A stretch of 64,000 nt of DNA from Elusimicrobiota bacterium. GTDB lineage: Bacteria; Elusimicrobiota; Elusimicrobia; Elusimicrobiales; UBA9959. The stretch covers positions 1 to 64,000 of the forward strand of contig JBAXKK010000002.1 in the NCBI GenBank assembly GCA_037137395.1, read 5' to 3'. Below, one piece after another: positions 40,803 to 50,135 of this stretch (its first letter is position 1; the number at the start of each line of letters is the position of its first letter). A program made the position numbers and the translations under genes. Below the pieces are notes generated by a model. The model did no database searches and had not been told where the DNA came from. It was given only the letters and a program-made list of their open reading frames with translations.

Positions 40803-41213
40803 ATGAATAACTTAAAGTTGCCTATCGTACTACTGGCGTCGCTGCTGTTGGCAGCCTGCTCTGCGAATCTGCGTAAAAAGGTGCCGCCACTGGAGGATGT
40901 TCTTCACGCCGGGCCTTTAGCCAAAATAGTGGTTTATTCCGGAAATGTGGCCCTGGGGCAGAGCGGTCCGTCCGCAGACGGAATAACTCTCTCTATAGGC
41001 GGCACAGCCGCGCTCAGCGCGCAAGGCCGCGACGTCAATAACCGGCCCATAAAAATATCCCCTGCATGGACCGCCAGTAAGCCTGAGCTGATAGAAATAA
41101 CTCCCCGCACCGGAGATATAGTTCTGGTGAAAGGGCTCAGGGAAGGCACCGCCGAGATCGTGGCTGAATACGACGGCGTAAAAAAAACCATTGAGTACGT
41201 TTTTATAAAATGA
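40803..41213 (+). CDS. Lipoprotein with probable Ig-like domain
   Basis: Lipobox LLAAC; WTASKPELIEI...VKGLREGTAEIVAEY resembles the Big_2 pattern. Confidence 0.7.
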   Translation: MNNLKLPIVLLASLLLAACSANLRKKVPPLEDVLHAGPLAKIVVYSGNVALGQSGPSADGITLSIGGTAALSAQGRDVNNRPIKISPAWTASKPELIEITPRTGDIVLVKGLREGTAEIVAEYDGVKKTIEYVFIK

Positions 41214-42493
41214 AATTCATCTGTGAATACGCGTTATCGCGCGGTTCAGGCCCTGTCGAAAGCGGACCCTGCTCCGTAGCGCTTTCCGAAGAGGTCCTGA
41301 CGCTTTTACCAAGCGGCGCCCAGCCGCTTATCATTCCCTGGGAAGAAATCACGATGTTCTCGCTTGCGGATTTCAAGGCGGATCTTGCCCTGAGGCAGAC
41401 CTCTTTGACAATAAGTTCTCTCGGATACAAATTCGAGGACTTCGCGCGTCACGCCGCCAGACTGCGCAACGAACGACTGCTGAAACTTAGCTTGGCGGAG
41501 GAACCATTAAGAACATCCATGATCGAAGCGGATTTGACATACAAATCTCCCGCCATGGAATTCACCTGCCGCTGCGAATTGCGCATATATGAAACCTCTC
41601 TCGTGGCTCTGCCCGAAACTGCCGACTTCCTTCGCCTCCCTTTCCGTTGTATCACAGAATTGAAAGAAGACGATTTCAGCGGTGAGCTAACCGGAGAAAG
41701 CGGGGAACACTGGTTTTTAAGCGGACTTGGCCGTAATTGTGATCATTTCAGGGATTCCTTACACGCGCAGATGGCGGACCTGGACCTATTCGCGCAGAAA
41801 GCACTGGGAGCAGCACTGCCTGGGGTTTCGCCTCTTGATTTGCGCGCCCTGTCCGCGCTCTCGCGCGAGGGACGCCTGATCCCTCTCACGGAGCTGGATA
41901 AAATCAGACCCGGGGCCTGGGCCGCCATCGAAAAACGCATATGCTCAAACAAGGCCGACGCCGCTGAATATAATTTCCTTAAAAAGATTTCTGACACGGA
42001 GAAAACGGCCTTTGGCGTAAAAAAAGGCGTTATGGGGAAACTTAGCGGGGACCATTACATATTCCTGTTCTGCGCGAAAAATCTGTCACCGGTTGTCATG
42101 GTCGAATCTTTTCTGCTGGAACCGAAGAGCGAACACGCCACCGATAAAACGGCCACCTACATCTACCGCCTCCCCAACGGCGGAAAAGACCCTTGGGCGG
42201 ACTTCCTTTCATTCTTCAACCGCGCCATGACAGCGGTGAATTTCAGACGCATGCCGGTACTGTTATCCGATGCCCGCCTGGCCGACCCAAAGAACGCGAT
42301 TTACGCCGGTGCGTTGGCGCGAGTGCCTGAACTGAAAACCCTGAGGCAGCTATATGTGGGGCGGGCTATACATACCGAAACGGAACAGTGGGAAACGACC
42401 GTGTACGATCTTCTGCAATTCGCTGTCAAGAATCCGGCCCCGTGCGCCAGATGGAGAGCGAGTGAAGAAGAAGTTAAAGAGGAGGAACAATGA
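41210..42493 (+). CDS. Hypothetical protein with two internal repeats (PH-like?)
   Basis: Long ORF coupled to both neighbours by ATGA overlaps; no catalytic motif recognised. Confidence 0.7.
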   Translation: MKFICEYALSRGSGPVESGPCSVALSEEVLTLLPSGAQPLIIPWEEITMFSLADFKADLALRQTSLTISSLGYKFEDFARHAARLRNERLLKLSLAEEPLRTSMIEADLTYKSPAMEFTCRCELRIYETSLVALPETADFLRLPFRCITELKEDDFSGELTGESGEHWFLSGLGRNCDHFRDSLHAQMADLDLFAQKALGAALPGVSPLDLRALSALSREGRLIPLTELDKIRPGAWAAIEKRICSNKADAAEYNFLKKISDTEKTAFGVKKGVMGKLSGDHYIFLFCAKNLSPVVMVESFLLEPKSEHATDKTATYIYRLPNGGKDPWADFLSFFNRAMTAVNFRRMPVLLSDARLADPKNAIYAGALARVPELKTLRQLYVGRAIHTETEQWETTVYDLLQFAVKNPAPCARWRASEEEVKEEEQ

Positions 42494-42822
42494 CGGGCTA
42501 TAAACATCCGTGCCGCTATTGCGGCGAACTTGTCCCGCCGGACGCCAGTATATGTCCGGCCTGCGCCAAAATTAATCCGTACGGAGATCTCCGCTGCCAC
42601 AAATGCCGGGCGCCTGTAAAAGAAACATGGAAGGTTTGCGCCTCCTGCGGACTCAAGCTTGAATTAGAATGTCCAAAATGCGCGGGGGTTGTTTTTTTCG
42701 GGGACTATTGTTCAAAATGCGGAACGCGCCTGACCGTAACCTGCCCGCACGGTTGCGGAGAAGAGCAGCCGCCAGTTTCGAAAAACTGCCGTAAATGCGG
42801 AAAAAAATTAGGAGGAAAATAA
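42490..42822 (+). CDS. Multi zinc-ribbon protein
   Basis: Eight Cys pairs (CxxC/CxxxC) in 110 aa; GGAGG RBS. Confidence 0.85.
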   Translation: MTGYKHPCRYCGELVPPDASICPACAKINPYGDLRCHKCRAPVKETWKVCASCGLKLELECPKCAGVVFFGDYCSKCGTRLTVTCPHGCGEEQPPVSKNCRKCGKKLGGK

Positions 42823-42823
42823 T

Positions 42824-43489
42824 ATGTCTAACACAATAGGCTTCACAAGCAACTTCGCCGACAACAGCACCGAGGCCGGCTTCCAGTTCACCTTTTACTG
42901 CGACACATGCAAGGAAGGTTATAAGACCCGCTTCACCGAGTCCAAAACCTACAAAAAAAAGAAATTTTTTAAAGGGTTGGGTGATGTCATAAGCGCAGTG
43001 GCACAGATGGCGGGGAAATCCAGCATAGGTTACGGAATAGAGCGCGGCACCGACGCCATCAGCGAAAAATTCACCGGCATGTCTCCGGAGTGGCACAAGG
43101 AACACGAGACCGCTTTCGAACTGGCGCAGAACGAGGGCAAGGGATATTTTAAACGCTGCCCAAAGTGTCATAAATGGGTATGCGAAACATGTTGGAACGA
43201 GCAGGAAGGTCTTTGCGTGACCGATGCCCCGAGGGCTAATGTAGAAATTGCAGCGGCCAAATCCAAAAAAATGGTAAAAGACATAGCGGCGGCCGCGGAA
43301 GCAACGCCGGTATTCACAGGAAAGATCGAAAGCAAACAAACCATCTGCCCTAAATGCGACAAACCCGCCGGTGAAGGTAAATTCTGCGGCAGTTGCGGGG
43401 CCACGCTAGCCATGCCAAAATGCCCTAAATGCGGCGCGCAGAGCCAGCGGGGAGTCAAATTCTGCGGTGAATGCGGCGGTAAGATATAA
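42824..43489 (+). CDS. Zinc-ribbon domain protein
   Basis: GFQFTFYCDTC, CPKCHKWVCETCW and C-terminal double zinc ribbons; GGAGG RBS. Confidence 0.85.
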   Translation: MSNTIGFTSNFADNSTEAGFQFTFYCDTCKEGYKTRFTESKTYKKKKFFKGLGDVISAVAQMAGKSSIGYGIERGTDAISEKFTGMSPEWHKEHETAFELAQNEGKGYFKRCPKCHKWVCETCWNEQEGLCVTDAPRANVEIAAAKSKKMVKDIAAAAEATPVFTGKIESKQTICPKCDKPAGEGKFCGSCGATLAMPKCPKCGAQSQRGVKFCGECGGKI

Positions 43490-43491
43490 AG

Positions 43492-43724
43492 ATTAACCTG
43501 AATCCTGCAGTTGAAGATAGATTTTCCGCCACACAGCTTCGTCGGACCCGCCGGATTGTATTGGCGGGTATTGGGAAATCCGGGAACAGAATTATTCTGC
43601 AGGATTCCCCGCACAGCGGGCTGAAGGCCCAGCGCTATGCGCGCCCGGCCCGAAGAGGTGTATACCTCCCGAATGGGCGCCCGCTACGCGGGCGGAAAGT
43701 TGCAACTGCAACTTTCAGGTTAAT
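43492..43724. mobile_element. MITE-like or structured non-coding element
   Basis: Inverted ends ATTAACCTGAA...TTCAGGTTAAT, imperfectly extending to TTTCCGCC/GGCGGAAA; several internal hairpins; no convincing ORF. Confidence 0.6.
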
Positions 43725-43731
43725 ACCGATT

Positions 43732-43762
43732 AAAAAGCCCCGGTTTACCGCCGGGGTCTTTT
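43732..43762 (+). terminator. Intrinsic terminator
   Basis: CCCCGG-TTTACCG-CCGGGG hairpin followed by a T-rich tract. Confidence 0.7.
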
Positions 43763-43793
43763 ATTTTTATAAAATCCTCATACGGTTCAGCAT

Positions 43794-44669
43794 ATGTTTA
43801 TAAGAAAAAACTTCACGCGCCTAAATATCATTAAAACTCTGGCTGCGCTTACCGCGTCGATCGTCCTGGCGTCCGCCGCGTATATTTTCTGGCTGCCGGA
43901 TGTCGCCCCCCTCAAAAAAAAGAACCCCGCCGTCACCGCTTATATGCTGATAAAAGAGCGCCAGGCCGCGGCCGCCGGTAAAAAATTGGGCCGCAACCTT
44001 GTCTGGACGGGCTGGGATGACATCTCGGAAAATTTGAAGCACGCCGTCCTGGTGGCGGAGGACGACACTTTTTACCGGCATAAAGGCGTTGAGTGGGAAA
44101 GCATGCGCCGCGCGTTAAAGACCGACTGGAAAACAAGGACTCTCGCTAAGGGCGGCAGCACCATAACCCAGCAAGTGGCCAAGAATCTCTATTTGTCTCC
44201 GTCAAAGAATCCGCTGCGCAAAATTAAGGAGATCTTGATCGCCAAGAGGCTTGAACGCGCGCTTGGAAAAAGGCGCATTTTCGAGATTTACCTTAATATA
44301 GCGGAATGGGGAAAGGGAATATACGGGGCGCAGGCCGCTTCACAGGCCTATTTTGGCAAAAACGCTTCGGAGCTCAGCCCCGAAGAGGCCGCAGCGCTGG
44401 CAGCCGTCCTGCCCAGCCCACGCCGCTACAGCCCGACGAAAGGCACGAAATTTATGGAAAGAAGAAAAAACCAGATAGTCGGCAGGATGCGCGCTTCCGG
44501 CTACCTGCCTGATGAAGCTGAAGAAGCGGACCTTGATGAAACCCTGGAAACGATAACCGCGAGCACTGATACCATTACGATGCCTCAGGATCCGGCAAAC
44601 ACTGTCCTGAGAAACGATCCATCAGTCATTGACCGCTCAACCGCCGCGACCGAAACATCCCCCCTTTAA
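43794..44669 (+). CDS. mtgA: Monofunctional peptidoglycan transglycosylase
   Basis: AEDDTFYRHKG, GGSTITQQVAKNL, RKIKE and YLNIAEWG motifs. Confidence 0.92.
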   Translation: MFIRKNFTRLNIIKTLAALTASIVLASAAYIFWLPDVAPLKKKNPAVTAYMLIKERQAAAAGKKLGRNLVWTGWDDISENLKHAVLVAEDDTFYRHKGVEWESMRRALKTDWKTRTLAKGGSTITQQVAKNLYLSPSKNPLRKIKEILIAKRLERALGKRRIFEIYLNIAEWGKGIYGAQAASQAYFGKNASELSPEEAAALAAVLPSPRRYSPTKGTKFMERRKNQIVGRMRASGYLPDEAEEADLDETLETITASTDTITMPQDPANTVLRNDPSVIDRSTAATETSPL

Positions 44670-44845
44670 AACACCGCGTAGAAGAACGGGATTAACACCG
44701 GCAGTTCTCCGACAAAAAGCAAGAAAAGTATGACAATTATGGCCATGAATACGGGTATCATGAAGTAGAGCCGCCTGTCCCTTATCATCCGATAAAATTC
44801 CCCGGCCACGCCCATCCTCTTTTCAAAACCCGGAAACAATTTCAT
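44666..44845 (-). CDS. Small membrane protein, DUF5989/SxtK-like (absent from the ORF track)
   Basis: Manual translation MKLFPGFEKRMGVAGEFYRMIRDRRLYFMIPVFMAIIVILFLLFVGELPVLIPFFYAVF; AGGAG RBS; ATGA overlap with the carbamoyltransferase stop. Confidence 0.8.
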   Translation of the reverse strand: MKLFPGFEKRMGVAGEFYRMIRDRRLYFMIPVFMAIIVILFLLFVGELPVLIPFFYAVF

Positions 44846-46536
44846 TGCGCTCTCCTTTTACCTACCAGGAACCGGTTTATAACCAGATAGTCCATATCGG
44901 TCCGCTGGAATGAGGAGATGGCGTTCTGCGGAGTGCAGACAATCGGTTCTCCTTTTACATTAAAAGACGTGTTGAGCACGACCGGCACGCCGGTTATCCG
45001 GCCGAATTCTTTTATGAGCGAGTGGAAAGCGGGATTATCCCGTTCAGCCACGGTCTGAAGCCGCGCGCTGCCGTCGACATGAGTGACGGCGGGGATTTCC
45101 CGTATTTTTTCCGGCTTTACCGCAAATGAAAGCGTCATGAACGGGCTGTCATGACGCAGGTCGAAATACTCGGCCGCGTTTTCGGCGCAGACTGCCGGCG
45201 CGAAAGGTCTGAAAGGCTCGCGGTGTTTTACGCGCGTATTGAGTATATCCTTCATTCCGGGTATGCGAGGGTCCGCCAGGATGCTGCGGTTTCCCAGCGC
45301 GCGCGGGCCGAACTCCATCCTACCCTGAAACCAGCCCAGTATCTTACCTTCGCTTAAAAGTTTGGCGGCGCGCGAAGAGATCTCGCCATCCGCAAGCTTT
45401 TCATAATCCACCCGGCTCTGCTTTAAAACCGCTTCCACCTGCTCGTCCGTAAAAGAAGGTCCAAGGAATGCGTTTTCCATGCGCCAACGGTTTTTACCGC
45501 CGAACAGCTGCGTGTACGCGTAAAGCGCTGCCCCCATCGAACAGCCGTCGTCGCCGGCTGCCGGCTGAATGAATATTTTTTTGATCGGGGTTTTTTCAAG
45601 GATAAGCCCATTCGTGACGCAGTTAAGCCCGCAACCGCCAGCGACGCAAAGCGTGTCCGAACTATACCTGGCGCACAACCGGCGAACGAGCTTGATCACA
45701 ATATCCTCAACCGCGGCCTGCAGAGCGGCGGCCAAGTCTTCATGCTCAGGGCGAATCTCAGAGCCGGCTTCCCTGGGAGGGAAGAAGAGGGCGGAGAATT
45801 TGGGGCTGGTCATCACCAAGTCGTAGTGGAAAGCGAAATAATCCATGTTAAGGCGGAAACTACCGTCTTCCCTGACATCGATCAGTCTGGCAAATAGCTC
45901 TTTAAAGGCCGATGGCCTGCCGTAGGCGGCAAGACCCATCACCTTACCCTCGCCACCATTCACCTTAAAACCCAGATGGGCTGTAACCGCGCTGTAGAGC
46001 AGACCGAGCGAATGCGGAAAGCGCAGATCCTTTTCCAGCTTTATAACTGTCCCTTCCCCGATACCGAAAGCCAGCGTGGACCATTCGCCGGTACCATCCA
46101 TGGTCAATATTATCGCGCGCTCGAAAGGCGAGGGAAGAAAAGCGCTGGCTGCATGGGCGTAATGATGGTCGGTAAAATACACCGGACCTTTGTAGCCGGT
46201 TGTTTCGCGAATAGTCTGCGGCACGCAAAGCTTGTAATTGAGCCACATCGGCAAAAAAGCCCTGAAACTTTTATATGAGTGCGGAAACATCTCGATATGG
46301 GTTTTTATGATGCGCTCGAATTTCAGAAACGGCTTTTCATAGAACACCATAGCGTCAAGATCATTAACAGTTGTCCCCCCCTCCAAAAGACAATAATTGA
46401 TGGCCCGTACCGGGAAATCTATGGAATGTTTTATGCGGATGAAGCGTTCCTCTTCCGCCGCGGCCAAGACCACGCCGTCGCGCACAAGGCACGCCGACGA
46501 ATCGTGGTACATATAGGAAAGCCCCAATAAATTCAT
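44842..46536 (-). CDS. O-carbamoyltransferase (NodU/CmcH/SxtI family)
   Basis: HDSSACL, EEERF, HHYAHAASAF, EGKVMGLAAYG, EFGPRALGNRS, REPFRPFAP and LNTSFN motifs. Confidence 0.93.
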   Translation of the reverse strand: MNLLGLSYMYHDSSACLVRDGVVLAAAEEERFIRIKHSIDFPVRAINYCLLEGGTTVNDLDAMVFYEKPFLKFERIIKTHIEMFPHSYKSFRAFLPMWLNYKLCVPQTIRETTGYKGPVYFTDHHYAHAASAFLPSPFERAIILTMDGTGEWSTLAFGIGEGTVIKLEKDLRFPHSLGLLYSAVTAHLGFKVNGGEGKVMGLAAYGRPSAFKELFARLIDVREDGSFRLNMDYFAFHYDLVMTSPKFSALFFPPREAGSEIRPEHEDLAAALQAAVEDIVIKLVRRLCARYSSDTLCVAGGCGLNCVTNGLILEKTPIKKIFIQPAAGDDGCSMGAALYAYTQLFGGKNRWRMENAFLGPSFTDEQVEAVLKQSRVDYEKLADGEISSRAAKLLSEGKILGWFQGRMEFGPRALGNRSILADPRIPGMKDILNTRVKHREPFRPFAPAVCAENAAEYFDLRHDSPFMTLSFAVKPEKIREIPAVTHVDGSARLQTVAERDNPAFHSLIKEFGRITGVPVVLNTSFNVKGEPIVCTPQNAISSFQRTDMDYLVINRFLVGKRRAQ

Positions 46537-46899
46537 TTAGTATTGTCTCCCGAATCTTTCCCGTGTAGAGTCTTCCGGTTCCTTCTCGGTAAAAAAAGAG
46601 CCTTCGTCCGCCGCGGCCGCGCCGGCTCCCCCCGAAATCCGTACGAACAGGGCAATGGGGCCCACCGCCAGATAGTAGGTCAGGAAAATAAGGGCTCCCG
46701 TAAATCGCCTGCCCAGAAAAGAGATTACGATGCGCGCCGTGGCCAGTATGTGATTATGCACGAAATTCACAAAAAACACGAAATAGACGCGCGCGCGGGG
46801 CGGAAGAAGGATCGCGGCGGCACAGACGATAATTGACGGAACCAAGCCCAGCCTTTTCTTGGGTTTTCCACCTTCGATGGTTATAAGCGGCTGTTGCAC
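46537..46899 (-). CDS. SxtJ-like membrane protein
   Basis: Hydrophobic, LIFLTYYLAVGPIAL, C-terminal FGRQY; adjacent to the carbamoyltransferase. Confidence 0.65.
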   Translation of the reverse strand: MQQPLITIEGGKPKKRLGLVPSIIVCAAAILLPPRARVYFVFFVNFVHNHILATARIVISFLGRRFTGALIFLTYYLAVGPIALFVRISGGAGAAAADEGSFFTEKEPEDSTRERFGRQY

Positions 46900-46901
46900 G
46901 G

Positions 46902-47735
46902 TTATTCCTTTAGAAGTTTAGCGACTCTGGTTTTCGCGGTAGGATTTTCAAGCCAGAGACGGGTTTCGCGCTTTATCACTTCCAATTTTTCGGAAAGATA
47001 CGCCCGCGCCAGCCGCTCGTATTCGGCAAAAGAGCGCTTTTCAAGCAGGAGACGCATCATCATCGCGAACATTATCTGCTGACTGCATACCACCTGCATA
47101 TCTTTGGCTGTCATTTTTATTTTGGGCTGGGGACTGATTCCCAACTCATAAAGCGTCAGTTCGGTGGAAAGCCCTTCTTCATATACCGGGTGAAGGAGCG
47201 TTATCCCGAAGGCGGCGTAAAGGGCGGAGAGTTCCGGCATGAGTATGCGTGGATTCTGCTCAGCGAATTCCTCAGCGCCCACAACCGCGCCGTCCGCGGC
47301 GTATTTTATGCCGTTCTGCAGGCAAAAGATAAGGTTGCGCCAGTGAAGCGCCGTTTTACAGTGACCGCAGGAATTCAAGATAAGAAGACCATGCTTTTTA
47401 AACGCCTGCCAACGACCTCTCCCCTCCACTTCGGCGTAAAATTTTCCCGCAGGGATAAGGCGGTGGAAGAACTCGGACTCAGGAAACCGTTCCCTCATAC
47501 GCAAAAAATGCGCGTCTGAAAACCGGCAAGCCATAAAACCGGGGCGCGAAAAAGTGTTCAGGTGGACTTTTTTAAATGTTCCGGCAAGCGTACAGGCCGC
47601 CAGCGAAGAGTCCGCCCCGCCCGAATAAAGCAGCGCGACTTCCTCGCCTGACCCGACAGGGAATCCGGCCAACACCGACGAGAAATGGACATCGGAGCCC
47701 CGTACAGGTTCTGATCCGACAACTTTGGGAGACAT
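46902..47735 (-). CDS. PP-loop (adenine nucleotide alpha-hydrolase-like) hypothetical protein
   Basis: LLYSGGADSS PP-loop; CGHCK motif. Confidence 0.6.
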   Translation of the reverse strand: MSPKVVGSEPVRGSDVHFSSVLAGFPVGSGEEVALLYSGGADSSLAACTLAGTFKKVHLNTFSRPGFMACRFSDAHFLRMRERFPESEFFHRLIPAGKFYAEVEGRGRWQAFKKHGLLILNSCGHCKTALHWRNLIFCLQNGIKYAADGAVVGAEEFAEQNPRILMPELSALYAAFGITLLHPVYEEGLSTELTLYELGISPQPKIKMTAKDMQVVCSQQIMFAMMMRLLLEKRSFAEYERLARAYLSEKLEVIKRETRLWLENPTAKTRVAKLLKE

Positions 47736-47840
47736 TATCCATATGTTACAATATTAGTTGGGAACGGAAAATTACTTTAATCTTACCTTAATCTTCCGCC
47801 GCGCGGACAGCCTCGCAAAAAACAGCATACCGGAACGATC

Positions 47841-50135
47841 ATGAAACCGATAAATCACGCCGCAATAAAAACTATATTTTTTATTTTTACCTGCCTGACT
47901 ACGGCTTTTCCAGGTTTTACCGGGTTCTGCCTGGGAGGACAATCCTCTTTAAATACGCAACTATGCGAAGATGTGAAGATGCCTTTTTTCAGGCCGGGGA
48001 AAAAAGAGAATGGTAGTATTATATATGAACCCGCAAGACCAGGCGCGATAGAGAACAATAATTCTTTTATTGTGCCGAAACTTCCGGGCATGAAGTATAT
48101 TTTCCTGATAGGAGAATCCAACGCGGCCAGCCTGGCGCGCGGGGCGGATGGTGACACTGTTTCAAGACTGGCTAAAGCTTTGGGCCATCCGGCAAAGGCC
48201 ATAAACTGCGGCATGGCCGCGTATGATTCCGAAAGGACATATGCCGTAATGAAAGAAGTGCTGCGGTATTCTCCGGATGCGATAGTGGTCATGGTAGGCA
48301 ACAGCGAGAACTTCACAGCTTGTCCCGGTATCGGACGAAGACTGAAAGAGCGGTTCTATATGGCGATGAACTATCTCGTCTGGCATCTTTCTAGCGCGGA
48401 GGTCAGAAAAAAGTTCCTTCTGGACACTCAGGCCCATTTCTTCAGGAAAATGGCGCGTCTGGCCGCCAAAAATAAAATTCCGCTTGTTTTCTGCGCCCTT
48501 CCGGCGAATCTGGCGGATTTTCCACCCAGAGGTATCCTGCCCCTAAAGAGCCCCGTTTTCGCCAGGGGTTGGGAATCCTCCGCAGAAGGCGACTACACTG
48601 CGGCAAAGCATTCCTTCGCGAAATATGTTTCACAATGGCCGAAAGACGCCATGGGTCTGTATCATCTCGGCCAGACCCTCCTGAAACTGGGAGAAACGCC
48701 GGCCGCTCTTTTCGCCCTTAAAGCGGCGGCCGATAACGATATTCAGGACAGCCGCTGCCCCGGAGCGCGTAACGAAATGATCCGCAGGACCGCGCGCGAA
48801 ACAAAAACTTTACTAGCTGATATCGAGAACCGTTTTTACAGCGCCTCGCCGACCGGTATCCCCGGAGGTGACATGTTTGATGACAGGACGCACTGGTCTC
48901 ATGACTACGATATGCTTGCGGCTTGCACCATAATGGCTCCCCTGGCGGCAGCGGAGGGCCCGTTTTCTTTTCCGGGCGGCTCCATCTGGGAAACGCCGCT
49001 ATGCAAATTTGCCGCAAGCCCAAGAGCGTCGCCGCTCTCTTCAGAAGAAAAGAAACACAAAAAAACCATTCTCGCTAAGTATCTGGCATTCAACATGAAC
49101 GTCCTAAGCAATTTTAATAAATCCGAATGGCTGATAACGGAAGAAATTGTCGTTTTCATGCGGAGGATATACACCCTTGACCGGGGATATCTGCTGAAGA
49201 TATCCGGCTCTCCTGAGGCGCTGGCAGCCGCGACCTACACTGCCGGTGTCAAATGGCAGAATATACCGCTAAAAAACATAAAGCGCTTCTGGCCACATTA
49301 TCTCGCCCATCTGGGGGAAGCACTGCGCCGCGAAGGAGAACCCGAGCTTTCCATACTATATTTTAACAGGGCCCTCGGATCGGAACCGCAGTGCCGCGAC
49401 GCTTATTTCTATCGTGGCCTGGCCTATTTAAAAGCAGGCGATATACAAAAATCCGTCTCCGATTTCGACCGTTCGCCCATGCCACATTCCCGCGTTTCAA
49501 ACATCGCGGATATTCATGGTTTCTCGGAAAAACTAAAAACCACAGCAACCATTTACCCTCCTGGTTTTGTCCAAAAAGAACTCCGGGGCCCGAAACGAGA
49601 CGGCCTAGGGAAGATGTATTATGTTTACGGCGGCACCAGAGCCCTGTCAGGAACCGACGGTTTATACCCTAAAGATCACGGGTACATCCTTTTAGGATCC
49701 ACTAGCACCGAATCCACGATGTTATTCTCGGGAGCCTACTCTTATTATGTTATCGCAGTCTACGATAACGCTATGGTCAAAGTGGATGCCCTGCAACTCT
49801 CTGACGGTACGTATTATATCGGGGGGTTCAGCACCTCAAACGTGACCAACTGGGACAACGCGAACGGCGCGCCGGACGGCAGATTCGCCATTGTAGGAAG
49901 AAGCGGAAGGTTTCTAAACCGCGGCAGCCTGGGATACCTGCTCGCGAGCCCCGGACCTGGATCGACCAGCATCAAAATTTATGTGACTGGCAGAAAACAG
50001 GTTAACCGATTTTTAAAATTTTTACATATTACTTCAGCAGTTCTGCCAGGGCAAGTCCGTATTTTTTGGCCGGGACCGGCCCGCTGGCGGTCACAAGTTT
50101 CCCATCCACTTCCAGATCTGTGCCGGTATACCTAG
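47841..50135 (+). CDS. SGNH/GDSL-like hydrolase with TPR repeats
   Basis: GES, NCGMAAYDS, GNSE and DRTH blocks; TPR-like YHLGQTL and YFYRGLAYLKAG; 3' end uncertain because it overlaps the convergent gene. Confidence 0.65.
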   Translation: MKPINHAAIKTIFFIFTCLTTAFPGFTGFCLGGQSSLNTQLCEDVKMPFFRPGKKENGSIIYEPARPGAIENNNSFIVPKLPGMKYIFLIGESNAASLARGADGDTVSRLAKALGHPAKAINCGMAAYDSERTYAVMKEVLRYSPDAIVVMVGNSENFTACPGIGRRLKERFYMAMNYLVWHLSSAEVRKKFLLDTQAHFFRKMARLAAKNKIPLVFCALPANLADFPPRGILPLKSPVFARGWESSAEGDYTAAKHSFAKYVSQWPKDAMGLYHLGQTLLKLGETPAALFALKAAADNDIQDSRCPGARNEMIRRTARETKTLLADIENRFYSASPTGIPGGDMFDDRTHWSHDYDMLAACTIMAPLAAAEGPFSFPGGSIWETPLCKFAASPRASPLSSEEKKHKKTILAKYLAFNMNVLSNFNKSEWLITEEIVVFMRRIYTLDRGYLLKISGSPEALAAATYTAGVKWQNIPLKNIKRFWPHYLAHLGEALRREGEPELSILYFNRALGSEPQCRDAYFYRGLAYLKAGDIQKSVSDFDRSPMPHSRVSNIADIHGFSEKLKTTATIYPPGFVQKELRGPKRDGLGKMYYVYGGTRALSGTDGLYPKDHGYILLGSTSTESTMLFSGAYSYYVIAVYDNAMVKVDALQLSDGTYYIGGFSTSNVTNWDNANGAPDGRFAIVGRSGRFLNRGSLGYLLASPGPGSTSIKIYVTGRKQVNRFLKFLHITSAVLPGQVRIFWPGPARWRSQVSHPLPDLCRYT

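Noticed and set aside
44666..46899. Saxitoxin biosynthesis cluster
   Set aside because: Only the widespread sxtI/J/K-like trio is present; no sxtA, sxtG or other core genes.
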